From Dicyema japonicum (lineage: Eukaryota > Animalia > Dicyemida): a stretch of 34,042 nt of DNA. The stretch lies in NCBI GenBank assembly GCA_011109175.1, contig RDEW01000012.1:717932-751973 (forward strand), read 5' to 3'. The notes beneath the pieces are model-generated. The model made no database searches. It had not been told where the DNA came from and saw only the letters and a list, made by a program, of their open reading frames with translations. Shown piece by piece: positions 33,561 to 34,042 of this stretch. Numbering within the stretch: position 1 is the first letter of the stretch; each line of letters begins with the position of its first letter. Position numbers and translations under genes: made by a program.

Positions 33561-34042
33561 TGACAAGGATGTTAAGGAACTCACACTTAATTTTAAGAAA
33601 TAAGAACAGCAATATTAATTAACCTAAGGCATATATGAGCGTTTAATGTTCAAGAACATGATCACCAGATGATTATAAGAAAATTTATCAGTTAAAAGAA
33701 GCATATTTACATATTAATGATATTTTTTAATGAAAACAGTTAACATGTGCTCTATCTTCAGAGGGCAGTTAGAAAATATAAGAGCAATCATCAAGCTTGT
33801 GTTAGAGATAGAGATGAATAGTGAGCTCAGAACTGAAGAAAACGGCCTGATAAAGCTAATGAAAATGGCGATACAAGACAAAATGGCCAATTTTATGGAA
33901 CAGAGTGATGTTAGAGAATCGTATATAAAACTTCAGGATCAGTAAATAAATAGAGATAGATACTGGCAAAGAGTTTAAACCATACGGTAACTAGCCTATC
34001 TCCCTTATCTAACCCAATAAAAAACTTCACTTTTACGCAGAG

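Noticed and set aside
33730-33945. 71-aa helical ORF near the window end
   Set aside because: No recognisable domain or splice support; cannot be distinguished from a chance ORF.

Overview
This is AT-rich eukaryotic (animal) nuclear DNA, not prokaryotic. I found no rRNA, tRNA or CRISPR array. Roughly half or more of the window is decayed transposons: CRE-clade and R4/Dong-like RLE retrotransposons, RTE-like and Jockey/I-like APE retrotransposons, a FLYWCH-MULE and a probable hAT end. Between them are compact host genes that the ORF track misses because they are split by very small GT-AG introns, 19-27 nt in 14 of 15 cases. These include an intact AP-3 sigma subunit (6 exons), a MAX-like bHLH-Zip gene with a 19-nt intron, a tandem family of divergent LAMP-like type I membrane proteins, a NIPA Mg2+ transporter with one in-frame stop, a RasD/Rhes-like GTPase, a MIEAP/SPATA18-domain ORF and a sorbitol dehydrogenase pseudogene. 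Metazoan genes with miniature introns at apparently ancestral positions suggest a reduced parasitic animal, most plausibly a myxozoan; this is inference only. There is one 364-nt N gap. Five near-perfect 110-164 bp tandem duplications may be assembly artefacts. All gene models were spliced and translated by hand, and family calls rest on motif recognition, not database searches.
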